DNA of 64,000 bases from Chitinophagaceae bacterium. Its GTDB lineage: Bacteria > Bacteroidota > Bacteroidia > Chitinophagales > UBA10324. The translations under genes and the position numbers were made by a program. The stretch spans positions 41,146 through 105,145 of the forward strand of contig CANJII010000007.1 of NCBI GenBank assembly GCA_947474435.1, written 5' to 3'. How positions within the stretch are numbered: position 1 is the first letter of the stretch; every line of letters begins with the position of its first letter. Below the pieces are notes generated by a model. It had not been told where the DNA came from. It did no database searches and saw nothing but the letters and a program-made list of their open reading frames with translations. This document shows positions 30,511-39,694 of the stretch, piece after piece.

Positions 30511-31368
30511 ATGAATGAACGAAAAATTATAGTGACAAAAGCATCAGGTAATAAAGCAGTTTATTCTGCCGAACAACTTCGAAAATCATTACATAAATCC
30601 GGAGCTGAAGATGATACAATTAATTTCATTTTGCACAGTATAGAACCACAGCTTTATGATGAGATTCCAACAAAAAAAATATATCGTATTGCTTATGCAA
30701 TGCTTAAAAAAACTTCGAAGCAGCAAGCTTCAAAATATAAACTGAAGGCAGCGATATTTGAATTAGGGCCTTCCGGTTATCCGTTCGAACTGTTTATTGC
30801 TGAAATTTTAAAACACAAAGGATACAAGGTTCAAACAGGAAAAATTATATATGGAAAATGTGTGAAACATGAAGTTGATGTGATTGCTGAAAAAGAAGAC
30901 AAGCATTTTATTATTGAATGTAAGTTTCACCAAAGCGCAGGAATTATTTGTGATGTGAAAGTTCCGTTATACATACATGCAAGATTTAACGATATTGAAA
31001 ATCAAGAACACCATCAAACTGCTGACTCTGAAAAAAAATATCATCAAGGATGGGTGGTTACAAATACCCGATTTTCAAGTGATGCAGTTAAATACGGTGT
31101 GTGCGCAGGTTTGCATCTTTTGGGTTGGGATTATCCGCATAAAGCAAGTTTGAAAGATCAGATTGATGAAGCCGGTTTGTATCCGATAACTTGCTTGCAC
31201 ACACTAACACGAATTGAAAAGCAGCAAATACTTGATAAGCAAATTGTGTTATGCAAAGATTTAATTAATCAGGAAAGTGTGCTGTTAAAAATTGGAATCA
31301 ATCAACAACAGAGAAGTGTAATTATAAATGAAGCAAAAAAATTGTGTGATGGAAATATTCCGAATTAA
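30511..31368 (+). CDS. ATP-cone domain fused to Mrr-like PD-(D/E)XK nuclease domain
   Basis: VTKASG...S.E.LR.SL..SG ATP-cone; GP.GYPFE, HEVDV, IECK and VTN.RFS..A motifs. Confidence 0.85.
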   Translation: MNERKIIVTKASGNKAVYSAEQLRKSLHKSGAEDDTINFILHSIEPQLYDEIPTKKIYRIAYAMLKKTSKQQASKYKLKAAIFELGPSGYPFELFIAEILKHKGYKVQTGKIIYGKCVKHEVDVIAEKEDKHFIIECKFHQSAGIICDVKVPLYIHARFNDIENQEHHQTADSEKKYHQGWVVTNTRFSSDAVKYGVCAGLHLLGWDYPHKASLKDQIDEAGLYPITCLHTLTRIEKQQILDKQIVLCKDLINQESVLLKIGINQQQRSVIINEAKKLCDGNIPN

Positions 31369-31440
31369 TATTTTTATAAAATAACAGGCTAAGGATACTA
31401 TTCGAAAATTCGACTTTGATTATGCAATTGAAATATTGAT

Positions 31441-31475
31441 TTGATATTGCTCAATACCTGAACTGATAGTAATCA
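31441..31475. promoter_or_regulatory. Tandem FNR-type boxes (TTGATATTGCTCAA and TGATAGTAATCA), 22 bp apart
   Basis: About 70 bp upstream of ppsA. Confidence 0.65.
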
Positions 31476-31546
31476 TGATACACAGGTTTAAAATTAGTTA
31501 ACTTCACATGTATAAGGAATTGTAAAATTAATTCTTAAAAAAATTT

Positions 31547-33982
31547 ATGGAATCAATAAATCTACCAGCGCTTTCATTATTGAAAAACTTTAATGAAGTG
31601 GGAATAACTGATGTTTCTAGGGTGGGGGGGAAGAATGCCTCACTTGGAGAAATGATTCAGCATCTTGCTCCGAAGGGAATAAAAATTCCTGAAGGATTTG
31701 TAATTACCGCATGTGCATTTTGGGAATTTATTGATGCAAATAATCTTCGTGAAAAGTTAGTGGCAATTCTTTCTCAGCTGAACAGAAATGATTTTTCAAA
31801 CCTGCGCGAAACAGGAAGTCAGGCGAGAGATTTATTGTTGAATGCAAAAATTCCTGACGATTTGAAAGAATCAATTAAAGATGAGTATGAAAATCTTTGC
31901 AGGCATACTGTTAAAAATATTTCGGTAGCAGTTAGGAGCAGTGCCACGGCTGAAGATCTTCCAACTGCAAGTTTTGCAGGACAGCATAATTCATATCTAA
32001 ATATTTCAGGAATAGAAAATTTATTGATTGCTGTACAACAATGTTTTGCATCGTTGTTTAACGACCGTGCAATTAAGTATCGCGAAGACAAAGGATTCGA
32101 CCACATGGCTATCGCGCTTTCAGTTGGCGTGCAACGAATGGTTCGTTCAGATTTGGCTTGTGCAGGCGTTGCTTTCACCAATGAACCGGAATCTGGTTTT
32201 CAAAATTTGATTCTTATAACCGGAAGCTGGGGGCTTGGCGAAAATGTGGTTCAGGGCGCTGTGAATCCCGATGAGTTTTATGTATTCAAACCATCGTTAA
32301 AAAATAATTTCTATCCAATCATTCAAAAAAAACTCGGAAGCAAATCGAATACGATGATTTATTCAGACGAGAAATCTTCTACTGAAAGTTTTATCATGAA
32401 CATTGATACGCCTGATGAAAAAAAGCAACGATGGATTTTGAATGATGCTGAAGTAAAACAAATTGCTGATTGGTGTTTGCTGATTGAAGAACACTATGGT
32501 CAAGTGATGGATATTGAATGGGCGAAAGATGGAATCACTAATGAATTGTTTGTTCTGCAAGCTCGACCTGAAACTATTCATACAGGAAAACAAAATGTTT
32601 TTAAAGAATATTCTTTGAAAGAAAAAGGAAAAAAAATTGTTGAAGGTGCAGGAATTGGAAGTCGCATTACATCAGGTGTGGCACGAATTCTCTTATCACC
32701 AACTGAGTCAGACAAGTTACAACCCGGAGATATTTTAGTTACAACAATTACAAATCCTGATTGGGATCCGATTATGAAAAAAGCTTCAGCCATTGTTACT
32801 GATAAAGGCGGAAGAACAAGTCACGCAGCAATTGTTGCACGCGAGTTAGGAGCAGTTGCAGTTGTTGGTTCAATGGATGGGACGAAAAAAATAAAAGACG
32901 GTGAAATAATTACTGTGTCAACAATCGGAGGGAAGGATGGAATTGTGTACGAAGGAAAATTGAAATGGGAAGAACAAACTGTTGATATCAGCAATATCAA
33001 ATTGCCTGAAACACAAGTGATGATGATATTGGGTGACCCTGAAAAAGCATTTCATCTTTCGTTTTATCCGAACAACGGAATTGGTTTGATGCGATTGGAA
33101 TTTATCATCAACAGCACGATACAAATTCATCCGATGGCATTGGTGAAATTCAATTCGCTGAAAGATGAAAATGCAAAAAGGAAAATTGAAGAGTTAACTC
33201 ATCATTTTCCTGATAAAGAAAAATACTTCATTGATAATCTGGCGCAAGCTGTTGCAACAATCGCTGCAGCATTTTATCCGAAAGATGTGATTGTGCGAAT
33301 GAGTGATTTTAAAACCAACGAGTATGCAAATTTGATTGGGGGAAACGAATTTGAGCCGCACGAAGAAAATCCGATGCTAGGTTTCCGTGGTGCATCAAGA
33401 TACTACAGTGACTATTACAGAGAAGGATTTCGGCTGGAATGTGAAGCGATGAAAAAAGTTCGCAACGAAATGGGATTAACAAATGTGAAACTGATGATTC
33501 CGTTTTGCAGAACAGTTGAAGAAGGAAAGAAGGTGATTGCCCAAATGGAGCAGTTCGGATTGAAGCGCAGAGAAAATGGTTTGGAGATTTATGTAATGGC
33601 AGAAATTCCGAGCAATGTGATTTGTGCTGATGAGTTTGCAAAAATATTTGATGGCTTCTCCATTGGATCCAATGATTTAACTCAACTCACACTCGGTATT
33701 GACCGAGATTCTGCATTGGTGAGTAATTTATTTGATGAAAAAAATGAAGCGCCGAAAACAATGATTGCAATGATGATTAACCGTGCAAAAAATGCTAAAT
33801 CAAAAATCGGTTTGTGCGGACAGGCACCAAGTGATTTCCCTGAATTTGCACAGTTTTTAGTGGAGCACGGAATTGATAGCATTTCATTTAATCCCGATGC
33901 ACTCATAAAAGGAATTGAAAACATTCACAAGGCAGAAAAAAAAATTAAACAACATCATATCACTGGATTTCAATATCAATAA
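31547..33982 (+). CDS. ppsA: Phosphoenolpyruvate synthase (pyruvate, water dikinase)
   Basis: VGGKNASLGEM, AVRSSATAED, GGRTSHAAIVARE phospho-His motif, SIGSNDLTQ and CGQAPSD motifs. Confidence 0.97.
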   Translation: MESINLPALSLLKNFNEVGITDVSRVGGKNASLGEMIQHLAPKGIKIPEGFVITACAFWEFIDANNLREKLVAILSQLNRNDFSNLRETGSQARDLLLNAKIPDDLKESIKDEYENLCRHTVKNISVAVRSSATAEDLPTASFAGQHNSYLNISGIENLLIAVQQCFASLFNDRAIKYREDKGFDHMAIALSVGVQRMVRSDLACAGVAFTNEPESGFQNLILITGSWGLGENVVQGAVNPDEFYVFKPSLKNNFYPIIQKKLGSKSNTMIYSDEKSSTESFIMNIDTPDEKKQRWILNDAEVKQIADWCLLIEEHYGQVMDIEWAKDGITNELFVLQARPETIHTGKQNVFKEYSLKEKGKKIVEGAGIGSRITSGVARILLSPTESDKLQPGDILVTTITNPDWDPIMKKASAIVTDKGGRTSHAAIVARELGAVAVVGSMDGTKKIKDGEIITVSTIGGKDGIVYEGKLKWEEQTVDISNIKLPETQVMMILGDPEKAFHLSFYPNNGIGLMRLEFIINSTIQIHPMALVKFNSLKDENAKRKIEELTHHFPDKEKYFIDNLAQAVATIAAAFYPKDVIVRMSDFKTNEYANLIGGNEFEPHEENPMLGFRGASRYYSDYYREGFRLECEAMKKVRNEMGLTNVKLMIPFCRTVEEGKKVIAQMEQFGLKRRENGLEIYVMAEIPSNVICADEFAKIFDGFSIGSNDLTQLTLGIDRDSALVSNLFDEKNEAPKTMIAMMINRAKNAKSKIGLCGQAPSDFPEFAQFLVEHGIDSISFNPDALIKGIENIHKAEKKIKQHHITGFQYQ

Positions 33983-34001
33983 TTATTTTAAAACAAACAC
34001 A

Positions 34002-34760
34002 ATGAAAACTTTAGAAAATAAAACAGCAATTATTACAGGTGCAGGTTCGGGAATGGGAAAAGCAATGGCAATACTTTTTGCCTGCGAAGGAGCAAATGTT
34101 ATTGTATCAGATTTGAAAACAGAAAGAGTTGATGCAGTAGTAAAGGAAATTATTTCAGCCGGAGGAAAAGCTACCGGTGTAGCAGTCAATGTATCGAAAG
34201 AAGAAGAGGTAAAAAAAATGATTGATACTGCAATGAATACTTACGATGGATTAGACATACTCGTGAACAATGCAGGTGTGATGGATGATTTCATACCGGT
34301 TGCTGATGTAAGTAATGAATTATGGAACAAAGTAATTGGCGTAAATCTGAATGGACCTTTTTACACTTGTCGCCTCGCCGTTCCTTTGATGCTGAAAAGG
34401 GGAAAAGGTGTTATCATAAATATTTCATCAATCGGTGGATTGAATGGCGCGCGCGCAGGAGCTGCTTATACGGCTTCAAAACATGCACTCATCGGTCTTA
34501 CAAAAAATATCGGTTACATGTATGGAACAAAGGGAATCAGATGCAATGCCATTGCACCCGGAGGTGTAACAACAAATATTATGGAAGGTGCAAACCCGAA
34601 TGCTTTTGGTTACGAAAGAATGAGTGGAGGATTCGCTACAAACATCCGCATGGCTGAACCAAATGAGATTGCTGAACTCGCTCTTTATCTCGCTTCAGAT
34701 AAATCAAGTTTTGTGAATGGAACTGTAATTGTTGCTGACGGTGGTTGGACAGCATATTAA
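34002..34760 (+). CDS. Classical short-chain dehydrogenase/reductase (SDR)
   Basis: TGAGSGMG, NNAG, YTASK and DGG motifs; ATG at 34002 preferred over the overlapping upstream start. Confidence 0.92.
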   Translation: MKTLENKTAIITGAGSGMGKAMAILFACEGANVIVSDLKTERVDAVVKEIISAGGKATGVAVNVSKEEEVKKMIDTAMNTYDGLDILVNNAGVMDDFIPVADVSNELWNKVIGVNLNGPFYTCRLAVPLMLKRGKGVIINISSIGGLNGARAGAAYTASKHALIGLTKNIGYMYGTKGIRCNAIAPGGVTTNIMEGANPNAFGYERMSGGFATNIRMAEPNEIAELALYLASDKSSFVNGTVIVADGGWTAY

Positions 34761-34773
34761 AAAATATTATATT

Positions 34774-35424
34774 CTATATTCGAAAAAAAGAATTTCTATC
34801 TGCAATTTTCCATAATCTATAGCAGCTTAAAGCAAACAATGGGGCAGCCAAAATATCAATCGAATAATGTACATGCTGTTTCAATAAAAAAGCAGCCACC
34901 AGAAAAGTACTGAGCATAAAAATTATTTTCAACCATCGCCTTTCTTCAAAAAGAAAAATCAAAAACAAGATGGAAACATGCCCGGAGAAGAAAAGATCTT
35001 TGTCAATGTAATTTCCAGCGTATGCAAACCGACCGATAAACGGATCGACAAGATCAATGTATCCTGATGGTGCATTTAAAGGAACAAGCCAGATACTTAT
35101 TATTCGAAGAAAGGTGAGAAGAAGATAACACTGCAAAACCCGGAGAAGCATAACCGGAAATTTGTAAAATGAAAAAACTGCAACAACAATAGTTGAATAA
35201 ATAAGCACAAAGATGGCCGTTGAAAAATTTTGCGGAGTCAGGATATTTAATAACTCATCATTAATCACAATGCCATTTCTGCTTTGTATAAATAAAAAAA
35301 ATTGTGGTATGAAAATAAGTACCGCACATAAACCAATTGTGGTTATAAGTAATTGAAGTCTGAAAGACCGGATACGCAATGCCTTTTGCCAACTAAGATT
35401 ACTTTCTTTGAATTGACTGATCAT
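34774..35424 (-). CDS. Sphingomyelin-synthase-like (PAP2_C) membrane phosphotransferase
   Basis: About 6 TM helices; DLFFSGH and HYSIDI motifs match the SMS/IPC-synthase catalytic His and His-x3-Asp motifs; ATG at 35424. Confidence 0.75.
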   Translation of the reverse strand: MISQFKESNLSWQKALRIRSFRLQLLITTIGLCAVLIFIPQFFLFIQSRNGIVINDELLNILTPQNFSTAIFVLIYSTIVVAVFSFYKFPVMLLRVLQCYLLLTFLRIISIWLVPLNAPSGYIDLVDPFIGRFAYAGNYIDKDLFFSGHVSILFLIFLFEERRWLKIIFMLSTFLVAAFLLKQHVHYSIDILAAPLFALSCYRLWKIADRNSFFRI

Positions 35425-35431
35425 GTTTTTT

Positions 35432-36190
35432 TCAGAATAGTTTTTCCACTTGCTTCTTCTGACTAATTGCATAATCGTATCCTGTTTTAAAAATATTTTC
35501 TGCATCATCCATATCCAGTATTCCGAATTTCGAAAGGAGGGGAGGTTCAATAAATAAATGACACATCGTTTTTTTCTGTTTCATACTTTCTGAAACTGCA
35601 ATGTGAAAACTTCGGTCAATCACATTGGCAATACTCAGCTTCTTACATTCAGCATTCAGTGGATTTACATGTGAAGCAATAATAATATCACAGTTATTGA
35701 GCAAAGGTTCTACTGGTAAATTATTGGTAAGCCCTCCCTCCAATATTGTCATGTTTCTATATTCAACAGGTTCGTAAAAAGCAGGCATTGCAGAACTTCC
35801 AAGCAGCACCGGCACCAATTCTCCTTCAGAAAAATAAACCGGTTTGCAATTAATAAAATCTGTTGCGCAAACAGTCAAAGGCAATTTAAGTTTTTCGAAA
35901 GTCAGGTTTTTAAAATGGAATTCTAAATCTGTTTGCAAAGCAGTTGGTTTAAAAATTCCACCCTGAGTTAATCTCAAATCTGTTATGCGATACATTTTAG
36001 TAGAAGCGGCAATTTTGAAAATTTCATTGGCTTGGTAACCAGCGGCATAATAGGCCCCCACAATGCTTCCAACACTCACGCCCGAAATTATTCCGGGCTT
36101 AATACCAAATTCTTCCAGTGCTTTTATAATTCCGATGTGAGCAATTCCTCTTGCTGCGCCTCCAGATAATGCTAATCCGATTTTGGGCAT
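35432..36190 (-). CDS. Patatin-like phospholipase
   Basis: SGGAARG glycine loop, GVSVG nucleophile elbow, and EGG in place of DGG; ATG at 36190. Confidence 0.9.
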   Translation of the reverse strand: MPKIGLALSGGAARGIAHIGIIKALEEFGIKPGIISGVSVGSIVGAYYAAGYQANEIFKIAASTKMYRITDLRLTQGGIFKPTALQTDLEFHFKNLTFEKLKLPLTVCATDFINCKPVYFSEGELVPVLLGSSAMPAFYEPVEYRNMTILEGGLTNNLPVEPLLNNCDIIIASHVNPLNAECKKLSIANVIDRSFHIAVSESMKQKKTMCHLFIEPPLLSKFGILDMDDAENIFKTGYDYAISQKKQVEKLF

Positions 36191-36200
36191 TGTTGGTTTG

Positions 36201-37325
36201 TTAAATATTCTTCTTGTAAATTCTGTATCGCTTGTAAATTTTTCCTCCAAATTTTTCTGCCACACTTCGCATTGGTTTGTTGGTTTCCAAAATCAAGTGA
36301 CTATCAATAAAAGATAAATTTCTTTTCCGTGCTGAATTCAAAAGTGTTATGGCAAGTATGGCAGTAAGTCCACAGCCTTTCCATGGGTCTTTAACAGCAC
36401 CAAGAAATAAATCCAATTGTTTTGACTTTTTACCGGAAGAAAGAATATGTATAAAACCAAACGGAAAAAGTTTGCCTCCAGCTTTTTTAATTCCTGCACT
36501 GATGTCGGGCGACGAAACAATAAATGCAATTGGATTATTGTATTCGTCAGTAACCACTTTACTGAATTCCGGATCGAGCATTGGCAGGTATTTTTTTGCC
36601 AGGTCAAACATTTCATTCTCGCTCATTTCAATAAATCCATACAATGATTTATAAGTTTCATTCATCAGGCCCATAACCGGAATAATAAATTTTTTTAATT
36701 CACTTCGCTTGCTGAACTCCATAACTTTAATTTTCGGGTTTTTAATTACCCGCTCATAAATACTTTGATATAACGGAGGGATTTCCGATGGTACCTTAAT
36801 ATTGTAAACCACACAGTCAATTTCTTTTTCAAAACCATTTTGTTCAACCAGTTTTGGCAGGTATTCCATGTTGGTTGCTGTGGCAATTACAGGTAAATAC
36901 TGAAAACCTTCAATCTGCAATCCCTGTGGATCTTTATCTGAAAAACCAAACGGGCCAATCAGTTTGTTCATTCCCTTTTCTTTAGCCCATTGTTCAACAG
37001 CATATAATAAAGCTGTAGAAACTTCTATCTCATCAGAACACTCAAGATTAAAAAACCTTGCAGTGGTTTCATTATTGACTGAATTATATCCACGGTGTAT
37101 GATCCCCATTATTCTTCCAGAAATTATTCCATTATTATAAGCAAGAAATAAAACAGTATCAGACTGCGATAACTGGTGATTGTATTTTGGGGTATAAAAT
37201 TTCCATTCATCAGCATAAATGGGTGGAAGCCAGTTACTGTTTAGCGCATGAATTTTTTTCGGAAGGAAAATAAATTCCTTCAAATCAATTTTGTCAGAAA
37301 CAGTTTTTATTTCAACCGGCATCAT
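36201..37325 (-). CDS. Tandem-GNAT acyltransferase of the YghO / bacterial ceramide synthase-like family
   Basis: FI.LP......NW.PP, FLA...G...GRI, LL..VE.WAKE.GM..LIGPFGF.D.D..G..IEGF and ILETN.PM motifs. Confidence 0.7.
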   Translation of the reverse strand: MMPVEIKTVSDKIDLKEFIFLPKKIHALNSNWLPPIYADEWKFYTPKYNHQLSQSDTVLFLAYNNGIISGRIMGIIHRGYNSVNNETTARFFNLECSDEIEVSTALLYAVEQWAKEKGMNKLIGPFGFSDKDPQGLQIEGFQYLPVIATATNMEYLPKLVEQNGFEKEIDCVVYNIKVPSEIPPLYQSIYERVIKNPKIKVMEFSKRSELKKFIIPVMGLMNETYKSLYGFIEMSENEMFDLAKKYLPMLDPEFSKVVTDEYNNPIAFIVSSPDISAGIKKAGGKLFPFGFIHILSSGKKSKQLDLFLGAVKDPWKGCGLTAILAITLLNSARKRNLSFIDSHLILETNKPMRSVAEKFGGKIYKRYRIYKKNI

Positions 37326-37438
37326 ATAATGTTTCGGGTTAAAAATAGCAGGATGCTTCAGTTAAATTTATTATTGATTTGTAAAAGTGAGTTTTCCATT
37401 ATTTTGAAAGAAGAAATACTGCTGTAGATAAACTGAGG

Positions 37439-37512
<74 letters not shown>

Positions 37513-37616
37513 ATTTTAAAATTCAGAAGGCGCGCAAATATATTCAGCAGTTTAAATTTTATCTCATTCAAAATAATTTCTGTTTCATTTACTTTGCCGC
37601 ACAAAAAAATATTGAC

Positions 37617-38987
37617 ATGGAAAACACACAACAATTTATAAACGCAAATAAGCAACGGTTCCTTGACGAGCTTTTTGATTTGCTTCGAATACCATCGGTG
37701 AGTGCTGACCCGAAATTTAAAGGTGATGTTTTAAAAGCCGCTGAGTTTCTTGCTGAGAAGTTAAAAGTTGCAGGAATGAATAATGTGGAGTTGATGGCAA
37801 CCGATGGCAATCCGATTGTGTATGGTGAAAAAATTATTGATGCATCAAAACCAACTGTACTTGTGTATGGTCATTACGATGTACAACCTGCCGACCCATA
37901 TGAGCTATGGACTTCACCACCATTTGAGCCAGAAATTCGTGACGAAAAAATTTGGGCGCGTGGTGCATGCGATGATAAAGGACAAACCTACATGCATGTA
38001 AAAGCAATTGAAGCTATGATTGCAAATAATGAATTGCTTTGTAATGTAAAAGTGATAATAGAGGGGGAAGAAGAAGTTGGTAGTGTGAATCTGAATCCAT
38101 TTCTGGAAAAGTATAAAGACAAACTGAAAGCAGATGTTGTATTGATTAGTGATACATCAATGATTGCGAATGATTGTCCGAGTATTACAGTTGGATTGCG
38201 TGGATTGAGTTACATGGAAGTGGAAGTGGTGAGTTCCAATCGCGATTTGCATAGTGGAGTTTATGGCGGTGCTGTTGCGAATCCCATTAATGTTTTGTGT
38301 GAAATGATTGCATCGTTGAAAGATGAGAACAAGCACATAACCATTCCCGGTTTTTACAATGATGTTCGTGAACTTTCTGCTGACGAAAGAAAAGGGTTGA
38401 ACTCAAGTCCGTTTAATCTGGAAGAATATAAAAAGGAATTGAAACTTACAGAAGTGGAAGGAGAGAAGGGTTACACCACTTTAGAAAGAACATCTATCAG
38501 ACCAACTGTGGATGTAAATGGAATTTGGGGCGGATACATTGGAGAAGGAGCGAAGACCGTTCTTCCTGCAAAAGCAAACGCAAAAATCTCGATGCGCTTG
38601 GTTCCGAATCAGAACTCCGAAAAAATTTCCAACCTGTTTGCTGAACATTTTAAAAAGATTGCACCAAAATCTGTTACTGTTAAAGTAACTGCACATCACG
38701 GTGGCGAACCTGTAATTACTCCAACTGATACAGTTGCTTATCGCGCAGCATCCAAGGCAATGGAAAAAACTTTCGGCATTGTTCCACTTCCCGGTTACGA
38801 AGGTGGGAGTATTCCAATTGTTGCATCATTCGAATCCATTCTTGGATTGAAAACAATTTTATTTGGTTTCGGATTAGATACCGATGCCTTGCATTCTCCC
38901 AATGAAAATTATGGACTGTTTAATTTTTATAAAGGAATTGAAACCATTCCATACTTCTATCAGAACTATGCGGAGATGAGTAAGTGA
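37617..38987 (+). CDS. M20 family dipeptidase
   Basis: YGHYDVQP, RGACDDKGQ, EGEEEVGS, DLHSG and HSPNE motifs. Confidence 0.93.
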   Translation: MENTQQFINANKQRFLDELFDLLRIPSVSADPKFKGDVLKAAEFLAEKLKVAGMNNVELMATDGNPIVYGEKIIDASKPTVLVYGHYDVQPADPYELWTSPPFEPEIRDEKIWARGACDDKGQTYMHVKAIEAMIANNELLCNVKVIIEGEEEVGSVNLNPFLEKYKDKLKADVVLISDTSMIANDCPSITVGLRGLSYMEVEVVSSNRDLHSGVYGGAVANPINVLCEMIASLKDENKHITIPGFYNDVRELSADERKGLNSSPFNLEEYKKELKLTEVEGEKGYTTLERTSIRPTVDVNGIWGGYIGEGAKTVLPAKANAKISMRLVPNQNSEKISNLFAEHFKKIAPKSVTVKVTAHHGGEPVITPTDTVAYRAASKAMEKTFGIVPLPGYEGGSIPIVASFESILGLKTILFGFGLDTDALHSPNENYGLFNFYKGIETIPYFYQNYAEMSK

Positions 38988-39012
38988 AAAAATTTAATTG
39001 AGAAATTTATAA

Positions 39013-39046
39013 GAAAGAGCTCGACGAAAGTTGCGCTCTTTTTTTT
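39013..39046 (+). terminator. Rho-independent terminator after the dipeptidase gene
   Basis: AAAGAGC...GCTCTTT stem around a GAAA loop, followed by a T run. Confidence 0.8.
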
Positions 39047-39052
39047 GTCTCA

Positions 39053-39079
39053 GCAGGGTTTCTTTAATCAAAACCCTGC
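39053..39079. repeat. REP-like hairpin GCAGGGTTT-N9-AAACCCTGC
   Basis: Perfect 9-bp inverted repeat, followed by a degenerate second copy at about 39089-39113. Confidence 0.45.
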
Positions 39080-39136
39080 GTTTGCATGGCAGGTTCTGTT
39101 AGTATAAACCAGCTGTTTCAGAAAATTATTCATCAG

Positions 39137-39694
39137 TTATTTTTTTTCAATCCGACCTTCAATAATAAATTCATCGCTGCCAAACCATCGTGACTCTTCG
39201 TGGTTAGTGATGCTGTAATATTTTAACGGAGAATAAATTAAACTCTCACTCAGGTTGGCGATAAAGTTTTTTGAAAACAATTCTGCTTTTATCAATACAA
39301 TAATTTTATTCTCATCAAATTGGATTTCTAAAACCCTTGTTCTTAATTCCTCCTCCTTTGCTACATATCTGATGGTGGTTGATTTGGAACTGTCCGTTGA
39401 ATTTACAATTGTATCAACAATGTACTTTTCACTGAAAGTTGGATTGTGAATGTCAGCTGAAATGAAACTGTCGAACTCTCTTTTCCAGTCAACGGTTACA
39501 AAACGGTTTTCTTCGCGCTCACCATTCACACTCGCAACTTTTAAAACAGAAGCACCGCTTGCATGCAGTTTTTCAATATCAGCATTCATAAAAGTGCTCA
39601 GGTCAAAATAAGAATTTTGATTCGCAGCTTTTTTATTTTCGGAACACGAATTGAAAAAAGTTATAATCAATAATGCACACAGTAGTTTTTTCAT
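39137..39694 (-). CDS. Hypothetical lipoprotein
   Basis: Lipobox FFNSC; DW.RE...F..ADI motif; 4-bp overlap with the gpmI stop. Confidence 0.75.
   Translation of the reverse strand: MKKLLCALLIITFFNSCSENKKAANQNSYFDLSTFMNADIEKLHASGASVLKVASVNGEREENRFVTVDWKREFDSFISADIHNPTFSEKYIVDTIVNSTDSSKSTTIRYVAKEEELRTRVLEIQFDENKIIVLIKAELFSKNFIANLSESLIYSPLKYYSITNHEESRWFGSDEFIIEGRIEKK

Noticed and set aside
34002-34760. SDR as the ceramide or ketosphinganine reductase of the adjacent lipid operon
   Set aside because: It is convergent to that operon, follows ppsA closely and looks like a generic classical SDR; only proximity supports the idea.
33915-36265. Long apparent overlaps among ppsA/SDR and GNAT/patatin/PAP2 in the ORF track
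   Set aside because: They disappear when the downstream ATGs at 34002, 36190 and 35424 are used.
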